A stretch of DNA of 61,723 nt, from contig JBAYIY010000009.1 in assembly GCA_041665365.1 (NCBI GenBank), positions 1 through 61,723 on the forward strand, written 5' to 3'. Every line of letters begins with the position of its first letter. Within the stretch, counting starts at the first letter, position 1. Shown here one piece after another: positions 50,702 through 60,160 of this stretch. The stretch is from Patescibacteria group bacterium. GTDB taxonomy: Bacteria; Patescibacteriota; Patescibacteriia; UBA9570. The translations under genes were made by a program, and so were the position numbers. The notes beneath the pieces are model-generated. The model was not told the DNA's origin, made no database searches, and worked only from the letters and a program-made list of their open reading frames with translations.

Positions 50702-51516
50702 TCAGCGAGCGCGTCTTGCCAAGAGCGCAGCGCTGGTAGTTTGGTATTTAGTAGAATGGAATAATTCGGGCGATGTGCCGGACGAGGAAAAGCCTCACTG
50801 GCACATGGTTTTACCATTATAGTTCGCTTGGTCTGTTTAAATATCTCTTGAGCAAATTCGTACCACGTACAGGTTCCATTATTTGTTCGATGATAGATAC
50901 CGAAAGCTTGATTTGATTCTAATAATTCTAAAGTAGCTTCAGCCAAATCAACTACATAAGTTGGACTACCATGTTGATCGTTCACGACAGTTAGTTCTGG
51001 TTTAGAATCAGCCAGTTTTAGCATCGTGTCAACAAAGTTTGGACCATGTTGACCATATAACCAAGCAGTACGAATGATGTATGATTTTTCCCACTGTTGT
51101 ACAGCGCGCTCCCCAGCTAACTTACTGGCTCCATAAACATTGACCGGTTTGTCGGGTTGATCAGTTTCTGAATAACCAGTCGGTTTAGTTCCGGAAAAAA
51201 CGTAATCAGTACTGTAATGCACAAGACTAGCATTAGCTGCCCGAGCCGCTTGAGCGATAAATTCAGGTGCCCGACCATTAACCAACATGGCAATCTCTTG
51301 GTTGGTTTCACAATCATCTACTTTGGTATAAGCGGCAGCATTTATTATTATATCTGGCTTAATCTCAGAAATTTTTTCTAATACTTTGGTTTTATTTGTG
51401 ATATCAACATCATAGTGTTTTAAACTAATCAGATGGTAGCCTGTTAGGGCAACTTGTAGGGCGCGGCCTAACATACCATTACCGCCAAATAGAACTATGG
51501 TTGTATTTTTATCCAT
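50677..51516 (-). CDS. rfbD: dTDP-4-dehydrorhamnose reductase
   Basis: 279 aa with LFGGNGMLG, the YxxxK motif (YGASKLAGE) and operon context. Confidence 0.9.
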   Translation of the reverse strand: MDKNTTIVLFGGNGMLGRALQVALTGYHLISLKHYDVDITNKTKVLEKISEIKPDIIINAAAYTKVDDCETNQEIAMLVNGRAPEFIAQAARAANASLVHYSTDYVFSGTKPTGYSETDQPDKPVNVYGASKLAGERAVQQWEKSYIIRTAWLYGQHGPNFVDTMLKLADSKPELTVVNDQHGSPTYVVDLAEATLELLESNQAFGIYHRTNNGTCTWYEFAQEIFKQTKRTIMVKPCASEAFPRPAHRPNYSILLNTKLPALRSWQDALADYLATSRG

Positions 51517-52457
51517 GAACGATGATTTTCAAACCACGTGATGGTTCGTTTTAAACCAGTGATTAAATCCACGCTGGGTTGCCAACCTAAATCTCGTTCT
51601 ATTTTGTTGTAATCCATGGCATAGCGTAAATCATGACCGAGTCGATCTGTCACAAATTTAATCGCTGATTCTGGTTTGTCCATTAATTTTAAAATTAGCT
51701 TAACGAGAGATAAATTATCTATTTCTGAATTACCCCCCACACAATATGTTTCTCCAATTACACCCTTCTTCAAGACTAGATCGATCGCCCGACAATGATC
51801 TTCCACATACAACCAATCGCGTACATTTAACCCTTGACCATAAACTGGGACAGGTTTATTAAACATTAAATTTGTAATAGCCAGTGGGATAAACTTCTCC
51901 GGAAAATGCCACGGGCCGTAATTATTAGTACAATTTGTTATGGTGATTGGTAACCCATAGGTGTCATGATAGGCACGCACGAGATGATCTGAAGCTGCTT
52001 TAGAGGCAGAATATGGACTGTGTGGATTATATGGTGATAATTCGTTAAACTTAGCTGAACTACTTAAGGGCAATGTGCCAAATACTTCATCGGTCGATAC
52101 ATGATGAAATCTTTTTTTATACTCTAAAGCAGCTTGTAATAACATTTGGGTGCCAACCACATTAGTTTGAATAAATTCACCTGGTGAAGTTATGGATCTA
52201 TCCACATGCGATTCAGCCGCAAAATGAACTATCACATCACAAGTCTGCACTAAAGTATTCACTATCTTACTGTCACAAATATCACCTTTAACAAACTTAT
52301 AATTTGGTTGTTCCGAGATACTAGCCAAATTTTCTAGATTGCCGGCATAAGTGAGTTTATCTAAATTCACCACCTGATCAGCTGGATATTTATTCAACCA
52401 ATAGAGAATAAAATTAGACCCAATAAACCCAGCTCCACCGGTCACTAATAACTTCAT
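51495..52457 (-). CDS. rfbB: dTDP-glucose 4,6-dehydratase
   Basis: MKLLVTGGAGFIGSNF, STDEVFG and YSASKAASD. I chose the internal ATG at 52457; the track's extension overlaps rfbC. Confidence 0.93.
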   Translation of the reverse strand: MKLLVTGGAGFIGSNFILYWLNKYPADQVVNLDKLTYAGNLENLASISEQPNYKFVKGDICDSKIVNTLVQTCDVIVHFAAESHVDRSITSPGEFIQTNVVGTQMLLQAALEYKKRFHHVSTDEVFGTLPLSSSAKFNELSPYNPHSPYSASKAASDHLVRAYHDTYGLPITITNCTNNYGPWHFPEKFIPLAITNLMFNKPVPVYGQGLNVRDWLYVEDHCRAIDLVLKKGVIGETYCVGGNSEIDNLSLVKLILKLMDKPESAIKFVTDRLGHDLRYAMDYNKIERDLGWQPSVDLITGLKRTITWFENHRSWIKIQP

Positions 52458-52458
52458 A

Positions 52459-52965
52459 TTACCCTTTGGTTTGCTGCCAAATATCGACGCCAAACTGATC
52501 CCATGGTAAACGATACTCATCACTTAATTTTGGATCGGCGGAAAAATGTTGACTAACCAAATATATAATCATGGCTGGTTTCTTCCATAAATTAGTGGCT
52601 CCATGAGCAATACCACGCGGTATAAACAATAACTGAGCCTTACCCCCACCCAACACAAACCGCATGGTGACATGATTTTTAATATCATGCAGTGCCACTA
52701 ATAATCTTTGGCTGGGTGGCACAAACCAAATGTCGTCTTGCTGGTGATGGATATGCCAAGCTTTGATTACACTGGGATCCATTTCTGATAGGTTGATTTG
52801 TTTTAGATCGAATTCTGGAAAATGTTCCAAGACATGTTTCTGAAAGCGACCCAGTTCTAAAAACCAACCGCCGTCATCTTGCAAAACTTTTAAATCAACT
52901 AATTTGACTCCGTCAATTTTAGGTTTTGGTTGGTAATCTTGCTTAGTTAAAATAATTTTTTTCAT
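52459..52965 (-). CDS. rfbC: dTDP-4-dehydrorhamnose 3,5-epimerase-like cupin (short SpsL-like type)
   Basis: 168 aa with WHIHHQQDDIWFV and IPRGIAHG. Lies between rfbA and rfbB. Confidence 0.65.
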   Translation of the reverse strand: MKKIILTKQDYQPKPKIDGVKLVDLKVLQDDGGWFLELGRFQKHVLEHFPEFDLKQINLSEMDPSVIKAWHIHHQQDDIWFVPPSQRLLVALHDIKNHVTMRFVLGGGKAQLLFIPRGIAHGATNLWKKPAMIIYLVSQHFSADPKLSDEYRLPWDQFGVDIWQQTKG

Positions 52966-53672
52966 ATGACATGTTTACGCCGAAATTCGGCAGCTTTAAA
53001 TAAGCTTTCTAAGGTGCCCGCATCAATCCACTCCCCTTCAATCAAACTAGCTGTGAGAACACCCTTCTCTAAGTAAAGATTATTTAAATCAGTAATCTCC
53101 AATTCACCGCGGTGGGATGGTTTCAATTGTCGAATAATATCAAAGACATGCTCATCATAAATATAGGCGCCGGTTTGAGCTAAGTTACTTTTGGGGTGCT
53201 TCGGTTTTTCGATTATGCTCAAAACATGATTATTTTCATCCATTTCTACTACTCCAAAACGTTCCGCATCTGGTACTTCTTTAACAAAAATGTGAGCGCC
53301 GGAGGTAAATTGTTTGACCGCCTCAGTAAAATCATGTTCATAAATATTATCGCCTAAAATCATCATACAGCTATCCCCACCCACAAATGTTTCGGCTAGT
53401 GACAAACCCTGTGCTAAACCAGCCGGTTTATCTTGAATCTCGTAAGTAAAACGACAACCAAAGTGTGCCCCCGAACCAAGGGCGTTTAAATAATCGCCGG
53501 CATGGTCAGGTGAGACAATAAACAATATATCTTTAATGCTAGCCTTAATAAGGGTTTGTAAAGGGAAATAAACCATCGGCTGATCATAGATCGGCAGAAG
53601 TTGTTTACTCGTTACTTTGGTCAGAGGCGCCAATCGGCTACCGCTACCACCGGCTAATATTATGCCTTTCAT
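52962..53672 (-). CDS. rfbA: Glucose-1-phosphate thymidylyltransferase (short form)
   Basis: MKGIILAGGSGSRLAPLT, KQLLPIYD and LGDNI. I chose the ATG at 53672. Confidence 0.9.
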   Translation of the reverse strand: MKGIILAGGSGSRLAPLTKVTSKQLLPIYDQPMVYFPLQTLIKASIKDILFIVSPDHAGDYLNALGSGAHFGCRFTYEIQDKPAGLAQGLSLAETFVGGDSCMMILGDNIYEHDFTEAVKQFTSGAHIFVKEVPDAERFGVVEMDENNHVLSIIEKPKHPKSNLAQTGAYIYDEHVFDIIRQLKPSHRGELEITDLNNLYLEKGVLTASLIEGEWIDAGTLESLFKAAEFRRKHVI

Positions 53673-53680
53673 CGCCGCTG

Positions 53681-53689
53681 ATAATACCA
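53681..53689 (-). promoter_or_regulatory. Extended -10 promoter TGgTATTAT, ends 8 nt before the rfbA ATG
   Basis: The minus strand reads TGGTATTAT cagcggcg ATG. Confidence 0.45.
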
Positions 53690-53814
53690 CAACAAAATTA
53701 AATTGGCTACCCAGACAATACCCAATAGATTCAACGGCATAATAATTGACACAAAGCCATGCAACACACTATCTAATGTGTACATCAGTAACAACCAAAT
53801 GGTAAACGTAATAG

Positions 53815-55221
53815 TTATTTCCCGCCAAAGAGTTTTTGCCATAGGTATGTTATTGTCAAAGGTGTTTGTTCGGCCGTTATATCAATTGAACTGACTTTTA
53901 ATCCAATCGGAACCGTATCTAAACCCGGAGCCGATAACATAAACTGGAGTTGATTTGGTCTAGTTTGTGTCACACCGGTTAAATCGAACGATGCCGTCGC
54001 TGTTGTCCAACCACGTAAACGACTTGGCTCGGAATATTTACGACTCAAAACATAATCCAGTTTAGCCCCATCATTTGATCTAGCAATCGGTCTAAAACCA
54101 AACCAGGGATCAAATTCTGTTGCACCAGGTAAAGCTAAGTAAGAATCGCTGTCCAAATAAACATCACCATGTGGGAATACTGCAGTGAAATGATATCGTG
54201 TAATTGGATTGTTCCAGGTCACTGGCACATCAACGCGATTCAACAAAAAATCTCTATCATACATTGGTACAATTCCAACGCCCGCCGGATGTTTAGCCAT
54301 CATTGTCAACCAGTTTCCATCGGAATTAATCGTCACTGGCGTCGCTGATTCAGCTAATAAAGCCGTATTATTTACCACTAGCCGTTCCTGATTTGATTGT
54401 AATCTGGTTATTATAATGTCATCCGTTGTGTCAACCTTTAAACGATAAACCCCGGCTGTATCTGCAAGATACTGGAGGGATGAATTTTCTGATGTCACCA
54501 CCGCTGCATCATTTCTGAACAGCGTCATTATAATTGGATCTTCGCCCGGTATGACATTTAAGTTGGTTGTAGATAAAATAACTGAAATATCTTCACCCGC
54601 TGCAGCATAGAGATAAAATTCATGTTTACCACGCAGTGGCACATTGATATCACTACCGGTAGCTGGATTAGGCATATAATCTGGATCAACAAATTCCGGT
54701 GTCGGCGGTGCTAAATACGTACCGACTTTTTTATCTAGGGGTGGATTTTTAATAAAGTCATCTATGGAAGAATAGACCGGCTCTTTCTGCAATAAAATTA
54801 ATTCATCATTTTCTAGTCTCGACCAGTCACTATTATCTACTAACTTATTTTCTAGTGGTTGAATAATATAATCAAAGAGATCGACATCCTTAGTTTTTTT
54901 GACGCCTAATTCAACAACTGTTTGGTTCGGGTTTTGGTAACGCAGTGTCACCGTGACGTGATCGAAGGCACCGGGTAAATCAACCGTAAAATAAACTGGT
55001 TCTCCAACTAAACGTTGATATGTTTCACCATTATCTAGATTGCGCTCAATATCTAAAGCCCGACCATGTGGCGAAAAAGCCGACACCGATCCTTTTGTAT
55101 CATTAAAATTATAACTAAGCTGCAACGTACCGTTACCGCCAAAATACAAATACACTATCCAGACACAACTTAGAATAATGAAACATCCCCCGATAACACG
55201 AACCACCCGTACAGATGACAT
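53815..55221 (-). CDS. Membrane-anchored extracytoplasmic protein of unknown function (468 aa)
   Basis: The start is taken at the ATG 55221 (MSSVRVVRVIGGCFIILSCVWIVYLYF), supported by a leaderless-type promoter. The track's 67 extra codons overlap the divergent GT2 gene. No family recognised. Confidence 0.7.
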   Translation of the reverse strand: MSSVRVVRVIGGCFIILSCVWIVYLYFGGNGTLQLSYNFNDTKGSVSAFSPHGRALDIERNLDNGETYQRLVGEPVYFTVDLPGAFDHVTVTLRYQNPNQTVVELGVKKTKDVDLFDYIIQPLENKLVDNSDWSRLENDELILLQKEPVYSSIDDFIKNPPLDKKVGTYLAPPTPEFVDPDYMPNPATGSDINVPLRGKHEFYLYAAAGEDISVILSTTNLNVIPGEDPIIMTLFRNDAAVVTSENSSLQYLADTAGVYRLKVDTTDDIIITRLQSNQERLVVNNTALLAESATPVTINSDGNWLTMMAKHPAGVGIVPMYDRDFLLNRVDVPVTWNNPITRYHFTAVFPHGDVYLDSDSYLALPGATEFDPWFGFRPIARSNDGAKLDYVLSRKYSEPSRLRGWTTATASFDLTGVTQTRPNQLQFMLSAPGLDTVPIGLKVSSIDITAEQTPLTITYLWQKLFGGK

Positions 55222-55227
55222 GAAAAC

Positions 55228-55256
55228 AGTATATCGGGCTTGCCAAAAGGGCGCAA
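55228..55256 (-). promoter_or_regulatory. Promoter TTGCGC-17-TATACT, -10 ends 6 nt before the ATG at 55221
   Basis: The minus strand reads TTGCGC ccttttggcaagcccga TATACT gttttc ATG. Confidence 0.5.
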
Positions 55257-55268
55257 TACTGGTATAGT
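55240..55268 (+). promoter_or_regulatory. Promoter TTGCCA-17-TATAGT, -10 ends 11 nt before the ATG at 55280
   Basis: Reads TTGCCA aaagggcgcaatactgg TATAGT ctcgctgtttt ATG. It interleaves with the divergent promoter. Confidence 0.5.
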
Positions 55269-55279
55269 CTCGCTGTTTT

Positions 55280-56206
55280 ATGTATAGCATTATTGTACCA
55301 GTATATAACGAAGCCCTAAATATACCTGAATTACACCAGCGTCTTTTGGACGTGACCAAAAAACTGTCTGGTAATTTTGAAATCATTATGGTCGATGATG
55401 GCAGTACTGATAATACGAGCAAACTATTAGCTGAACTGCCCAGTATAACTGTAATAACCTTACGGAAGAATTTTGGTCAAACCGCTGCTTTAGACGCCGG
55501 TATTAAACAAGCCAAGGGTGATGTGATTGTGACACTGGACGGTGACTTACAAAATCCTCCAGAAGAGATTCCAAAATTGATCAACTACATGCAGGAACAC
55601 AAATATGATGTTGTGTCTGGTTGGAGGAAGAACCGGCAAGATGGGTTTGGAAAAAAAATTAGTTCTTATGGTGCGCTAGTATTAAGAAAAATATTATTAC
55701 ATGATAGTATTCATGATTCCGGATGTACCTTAAAGGTCTACAAAAAATCCTGCTTCGAGGATGTGAATTTGTATGGCGAGAGTCATCGCTTTATTCCAGC
55801 CATTTTACATTTGAGTGGCTTCTCAGTTGGAGAAATAGTTGTAGAACATCAGGCCCGTCGCGCCGGACAATCCAAATATGGTTCCGGCCGAATTATTCGA
55901 GCCTTTATTGATTTATTAGGTCTCTGGTTTTGGAGAAATTACTCGTATCGCCCATTACATCTATTTGGCGGACTTGGTTTAATATTAATGTCATCCGGTA
56001 GTATCTTATTATTTTTGTTAGCCCTAGCTCGACTGGTTTGGCAATACCCGCTTTCTACCAGCATCTGGCCAATGATTGCCGTGCTGTCAATTCTGGCTGG
56101 CTTACAACTTTTTATTACCGGTTTAATCGCCGAGGTATTAGCAAAATCATACTATAGTGAGGGTAGAAAACCTTACACCATCAAAACTATCGTTACCAAT
56201 GGCTAA
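55280..56206 (+). CDS. GT2 polyprenyl-phosphate glycosyltransferase (GtrB/ArnC/DPM1-like) with two C-terminal TM helices
   Basis: 308 aa with IIVPVYNE, MVDDGSTD, LDGDLQNPPEEI and C-terminal hydrophobic helices. Confidence 0.82.
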   Translation: MYSIIVPVYNEALNIPELHQRLLDVTKKLSGNFEIIMVDDGSTDNTSKLLAELPSITVITLRKNFGQTAALDAGIKQAKGDVIVTLDGDLQNPPEEIPKLINYMQEHKYDVVSGWRKNRQDGFGKKISSYGALVLRKILLHDSIHDSGCTLKVYKKSCFEDVNLYGESHRFIPAILHLSGFSVGEIVVEHQARRAGQSKYGSGRIIRAFIDLLGLWFWRNYSYRPLHLFGGLGLILMSSGSILLFLLALARLVWQYPLSTSIWPMIAVLSILAGLQLFITGLIAEVLAKSYYSEGRKPYTIKTIVTNG

Positions 56207-57242
56207 AGCAACTATTTTGGTCATCGCCCCAACGCCGTACTTTTCTGATCGGGGTTGTCATATTCGAATCTATGAAGAACTCAAAGTTATTTCAAACTTA
56301 GGTTATCAAGCCGAATTAGTCACCTATCCATTAGGTAGATCAATCGGTTCAGCTCATATTACAAGAACGGCTAATTTGTTTTGGTACAAAAAAACTTCGG
56401 CTGGTCCGGCTTTATCAAAAATTATTTTAGATAAACTATTAATATTAAAAGCCTTGCACATAACTAAAAAAACACACCCGGTTTTAATCCATGCTCACCT
56501 ACATGAAGGTATGTTCATTGCCTGGTGGGTGCGTTTTTTTTATCGTATCCCTATTTTATTAGACTTACAAAGCAATTTAAGTGAAGAGTTAACCAGTTAT
56601 AGAGGGATCTGGAAATTATTATCACCCTTAGGTAAAATATATGAAAATTGGTGTCTAACTAGCGCCGATTATGTCGTAGCCAGTTCGAATCACTTTAAAA
56701 AAAATATTACTGTTTTGCCTGATGGTATCAGTAGTACCTTACCCAATCTCACTGGAGATTATAAGTATGATCTAGTTTATAGTGGCGGGTTGGGTAAACA
56801 AAAAGGGACAGATTTATTATTTACCATTTTACAATCACTCGATGTAAAATGTCTGTTAATTGCTAATGATGTGACGGGTTATTGGCATACTCAGGCTGAG
56901 CAGCTTGGCATTGCTAGTAAACTCACCTGGCTCACTGTACCGTACGAAAACTTACTTAATGTGTTAGTGACAACCAAATTTGGCCTTGAACCAAAACCAA
57001 TCGAATCAACTGAGGGTAGTGGTAAACTATTAAATTATATGGCCGCCGGTGTTATACCAATTGCACTTAGAAAAGCTAATCCCTATATAGAGTCTTTATC
57101 AGATTTGGATAAAATCTTAAAACAACCCGTTGATTTAAACTATAGAAAACACATGCAAGATTTTGTTGTCAAGCAATCTAGTTGGTCAAATCAAACAGCT
57201 ACCTTAAAACAAATTTATGACCGCCTTATCCATCAAGCATAA
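56199..57242 (+). CDS. GT4-type (GT-B fold) glycosyltransferase
   Basis: MAKATILVIAPTPYFSDRGCHIR... and a C-terminal EGSGKLLNYMAAGV. The ATG at 56199 overlaps the upstream stop. Confidence 0.65.
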   Translation: MAKATILVIAPTPYFSDRGCHIRIYEELKVISNLGYQAELVTYPLGRSIGSAHITRTANLFWYKKTSAGPALSKIILDKLLILKALHITKKTHPVLIHAHLHEGMFIAWWVRFFYRIPILLDLQSNLSEELTSYRGIWKLLSPLGKIYENWCLTSADYVVASSNHFKKNITVLPDGISSTLPNLTGDYKYDLVYSGGLGKQKGTDLLFTILQSLDVKCLLIANDVTGYWHTQAEQLGIASKLTWLTVPYENLLNVLVTTKFGLEPKPIESTEGSGKLLNYMAAGVIPIALRKANPYIESLSDLDKILKQPVDLNYRKHMQDFVVKQSSWSNQTATLKQIYDRLIHQA

Positions 57243-58449
57243 TGCTACTTGGTTAATCGCCAGCGAGTTTGTCAGCCGCTTCATTCTGTTTGGTGTCGTC
57301 GTATGGTTAGCCAACAGTTTGGGTAGCTCTAATTTCGGTGAATTATCTTATGTCTTTGCTATTGCCAACTTAACCGTTGTTTTAGCCGATTTCGGTATCC
57401 ACACCTACACCACCAGGTTGATTGCCCAATCTGTTACAGCTTGGCAGAAAGAAAAAACTCAACTTATCAAATTTAAATTACTTGGTTCCAGTTTGAGCTG
57501 GTTGCTAACCATATTAATTGTAGCCGTTAGTAGTAAACTAAATTTGACCACCGTAGTGTTTGGTAGTTTGGCTATTATTATCATGTCTGCGCGCATGTTT
57601 AGTGATAGTATTGCCCGCGGTACACAACAGATGCAGTTAGAAGGGATTAGTAAAATTATTCACACGGTGTTTCAAGCCATTGGTCTAACCTTAGGGATAA
57701 TTTTACATTGGTCACTACCTTTAATTGCTTTGAGCTATTCAATTAGTGCGCTACTGGGTTGGTTAGTTAGTCTATATTTAGTTCGTAACACACTATTTAC
57801 CTTACCAAACTTACCTAGTGAAAAAACTCTTCAGACATTAGCTGTGCTACTATTACCTTTTGCCACTAGCATTGCTATCAATGCGCAATTTAATTATTTT
57901 GATTCGGCTGTGCTCGGTTGGTTTAATCCCAAAGAAGTGGTTGGGTGGTATACCGCTGCCTATAAACCAATTTTTTTCTTAACGGCCTTAATCGGTTTAT
58001 TAATTAGTGCCTTTTTCCCAGTAATCACTAAACTATGGCACGATAATAAATTTCCTGAAGCTGAACAAAAAATCATTTCACTATTAAAATTAACTATGTT
58101 GTTGGGTTGGCCTATAGTTATCATTGGCACATTGGCCGCACCGACTATATTTAGTCTATTATTTAAACCTGAATACGCTCCGGCGGTGCTGCCGTTTAGA
58201 ATATTATTATGGAGTACGTTAGCGATCTTTTTCTGGGCTCCTTTGGGTAATAGCCTACAAGCGATTGGTCAGGAAAAACTTTATACTAAAAATTTTATTA
58301 TTGCCTCAATTATAAATATTCCATTAACTATTATATTAGTTTATTGGTACAATTTAAGCGGAGCGGCCACTGCCACTTTAATAACACAATTACTCTTAGC
58401 TGTACTCATGTATAAAGACGCCAGAAAATATTTTAAACACTTATGGTAG
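57217..58449 (+). CDS. MOP-superfamily polysaccharide flippase (Wzx-like)
   Basis: 410 aa with about 12 TM helices. The N-terminal pattern (SEFVSRFILFGVVVWLAN) is typical of Wzx-like proteins. Confidence 0.7.
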   Translation: MTALSIKHNATWLIASEFVSRFILFGVVVWLANSLGSSNFGELSYVFAIANLTVVLADFGIHTYTTRLIAQSVTAWQKEKTQLIKFKLLGSSLSWLLTILIVAVSSKLNLTTVVFGSLAIIIMSARMFSDSIARGTQQMQLEGISKIIHTVFQAIGLTLGIILHWSLPLIALSYSISALLGWLVSLYLVRNTLFTLPNLPSEKTLQTLAVLLLPFATSIAINAQFNYFDSAVLGWFNPKEVVGWYTAAYKPIFFLTALIGLLISAFFPVITKLWHDNKFPEAEQKIISLLKLTMLLGWPIVIIGTLAAPTIFSLLFKPEYAPAVLPFRILLWSTLAIFFWAPLGNSLQAIGQEKLYTKNFIIASIINIPLTIILVYWYNLSGAATATLITQLLLAVLMYKDARKYFKHLW

Positions 58450-59264
58450 CCATTAGTTTACTTAACTGGAATGGCCTTGAATTAACCACGCGCTGTTTGC
58501 AGGGTTTAATCAAACACCATATTCCAGCTGACATTTTTGTGTTAGATAACGGCTCAGATCAAGATGAATCTGTAAAACTCAAACAGGTTTTTGGAGATAT
58601 TAAGCATATTAATATCGAACGAAGCGATATAAATTTAGGTTTTACTGGTGGTAACAATCATAATATAAACAAATTATCTAATAAATATGATTATATTTTA
58701 TTACTAAACCAAGATACTATTATTGATACTGATTTTGTCACTCCCCTAGTGCAGTATCTTGAGCAACACCCCAAGACAGCTGTCACTGGACCAGTGGTTT
58801 ATAACGAAGATAGCACTATCCAATCAGCTGGGGCCAGTATTTCACTCTGGACCGGTAAAGTGCGTAGTCACAAAACACTACCCACTCAACCGACTCCAGT
58901 AGATTGTATTGTTGGTAATTGTTTTATGATGAGAACTCAGGCTATAAAAGAAATTGGTCAGCTCACGGAAAAATATTTTGCTTACTATGAAGAAGCCGAT
59001 TGGTGTCTGCAAGCTAAACAGCACGGTTGGAATTGTGTGGTAGTACCCATGGCCAAACTAACTCATGCCAAGGCGAATAATTTTCGGACTTATTTTATTG
59101 CCCGGAACATGGTTTGGTTTATGAAGAAATTTGCCTCTCCCCTTCAACTAAGCTATTTTTTTTGCTATTATTTTACTATATTTTTCCTTGAGAGATTAAA
59201 AAAAGGTTCCCATTTAGCTGATTTAATCAGAGCTAGTCAGGCTGGTTGGCTACAACATTTATGA
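58443..59264 (+). CDS. GT2 glycosyltransferase (rhamnosyltransferase-like)
   Basis: 273 aa with LLNWNG, VLDNGSDQDE, GFTGGNN, LLLNQDT and EEADWC. Confidence 0.72.
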   Translation: MVAISLLNWNGLELTTRCLQGLIKHHIPADIFVLDNGSDQDESVKLKQVFGDIKHINIERSDINLGFTGGNNHNINKLSNKYDYILLLNQDTIIDTDFVTPLVQYLEQHPKTAVTGPVVYNEDSTIQSAGASISLWTGKVRSHKTLPTQPTPVDCIVGNCFMMRTQAIKEIGQLTEKYFAYYEEADWCLQAKQHGWNCVVVPMAKLTHAKANNFRTYFIARNMVWFMKKFASPLQLSYFFCYYFTIFFLERLKKGSHLADLIRASQAGWLQHL

Positions 59265-60160
59265 CATACTCCATTATCATACCGGTCTATAATGACCCCT
59301 ACTTACCCAAGTGTTTAGAAAGTATTAAACAAGCCATACATAATTTTACTGTTGAGGTGATTATAGTAGAAAATAGTAACACCGTTTGGGTTGAACCGCT
59401 CGTGAAAAAATTTGGTTTCACTTATTTAAAAGAGCCCATCACCGGTTCTTATCAGGCAAGAAATACTGGCCTAACTAAAGCCACTGGTGATATTCTCGCC
59501 TTCACTGATTCTGACTGTACCGTGCAACCTGACTGGTTAGAACAAATTCAGGCCACACTAGAAAATGATAATATCGCTGGAGTGATGGGTTTCTCGGCTG
59601 GTGCCCCGGCTACCCGAGTAGCCGCTTTAGAACAATTAATGTATGAAGCTAACATTGCTGCTTTCACCAACACCGCTAAACTAAAACGAGTTGATACTAG
59701 AAATCTGGCCATTAAACGCAAAGTAATCGAGAGAATTGGTCAATTTACGTCAGAGCTTAAATATGGTGGCGATATGGAATTCGGTGCCCGCGCCCATTTA
59801 GCGGGTTTAAGCTTAGTGTATAACTCAAACATGATTGTCACACACAATAACGCCAAATTTTGCCGCGGTTTATTACTGAAACGTCTCCGCCAAAACTACG
59901 GCAACATGTTGATTACGCAATTACATAACAAGCAATTTATCCAAACATATTTTCCACATCTGTTGCGTTATCAGGCGGGTTTTAAAAATACTTTAACTTA
60001 CTACTGGTATAAAATATTATTCTGGCCAAATTATTATTTATCAGATACAATCATAAATCTTTTACCAATTAAGTTAGGCTATACGTATTTCAAATTTGTT
60101 AATGTGTTAGCGATGCGCATTGGCCAATTAACTTTTGTCTTTAGAAAAAATATATGGTAA
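59261..60160 (+). CDS. GT2 glycosyltransferase
   Basis: MTYSIIIPVYND..., FTDSDC. The ATG at 59261 overlaps the upstream stop (ATGA). Confidence 0.68.
   Translation: MTYSIIIPVYNDPYLPKCLESIKQAIHNFTVEVIIVENSNTVWVEPLVKKFGFTYLKEPITGSYQARNTGLTKATGDILAFTDSDCTVQPDWLEQIQATLENDNIAGVMGFSAGAPATRVAALEQLMYEANIAAFTNTAKLKRVDTRNLAIKRKVIERIGQFTSELKYGGDMEFGARAHLAGLSLVYNSNMIVTHNNAKFCRGLLLKRLRQNYGNMLITQLHNKQFIQTYFPHLLRYQAGFKNTLTYYWYKILFWPNYYLSDTIINLLPIKLGYTYFKFVNVLAMRIGQLTFVFRKNIW

Noticed and set aside
53669-53785. 38-aa hydrophobic ORF (MYTLDSVLHGFVSIIMPLNLLGIVWVANLILLWYYQRR) in the 124-bp gap upstream of rfbA, ending in an ATGA overlap with the rfbA start.
   Set aside because: The extended -10 promoter that best explains rfbA expression (TGgTATTAT at 53681-53689) lies inside this ORF, and the peptide has no recognisable family. 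It is kept only as a low-probability micro-protein. The 63-aa plus-strand ORF at 53703-53894 is rejected for the same lack of support.
55651-59163. Homopolymer tracts in the glycosyltransferase genes as possible phase-variation switches: A8 at 55651-55658, T8 at 56534-56541, A8 at 56697-56704 and T8 at 59156-59163.
   Set aside because: Runs of 7-8 A or T also occur in housekeeping genes here (for example A8 in ctpA near 48393) and are expected in AT-rich DNA. They are too short to argue for slipped-strand regulation without population data.
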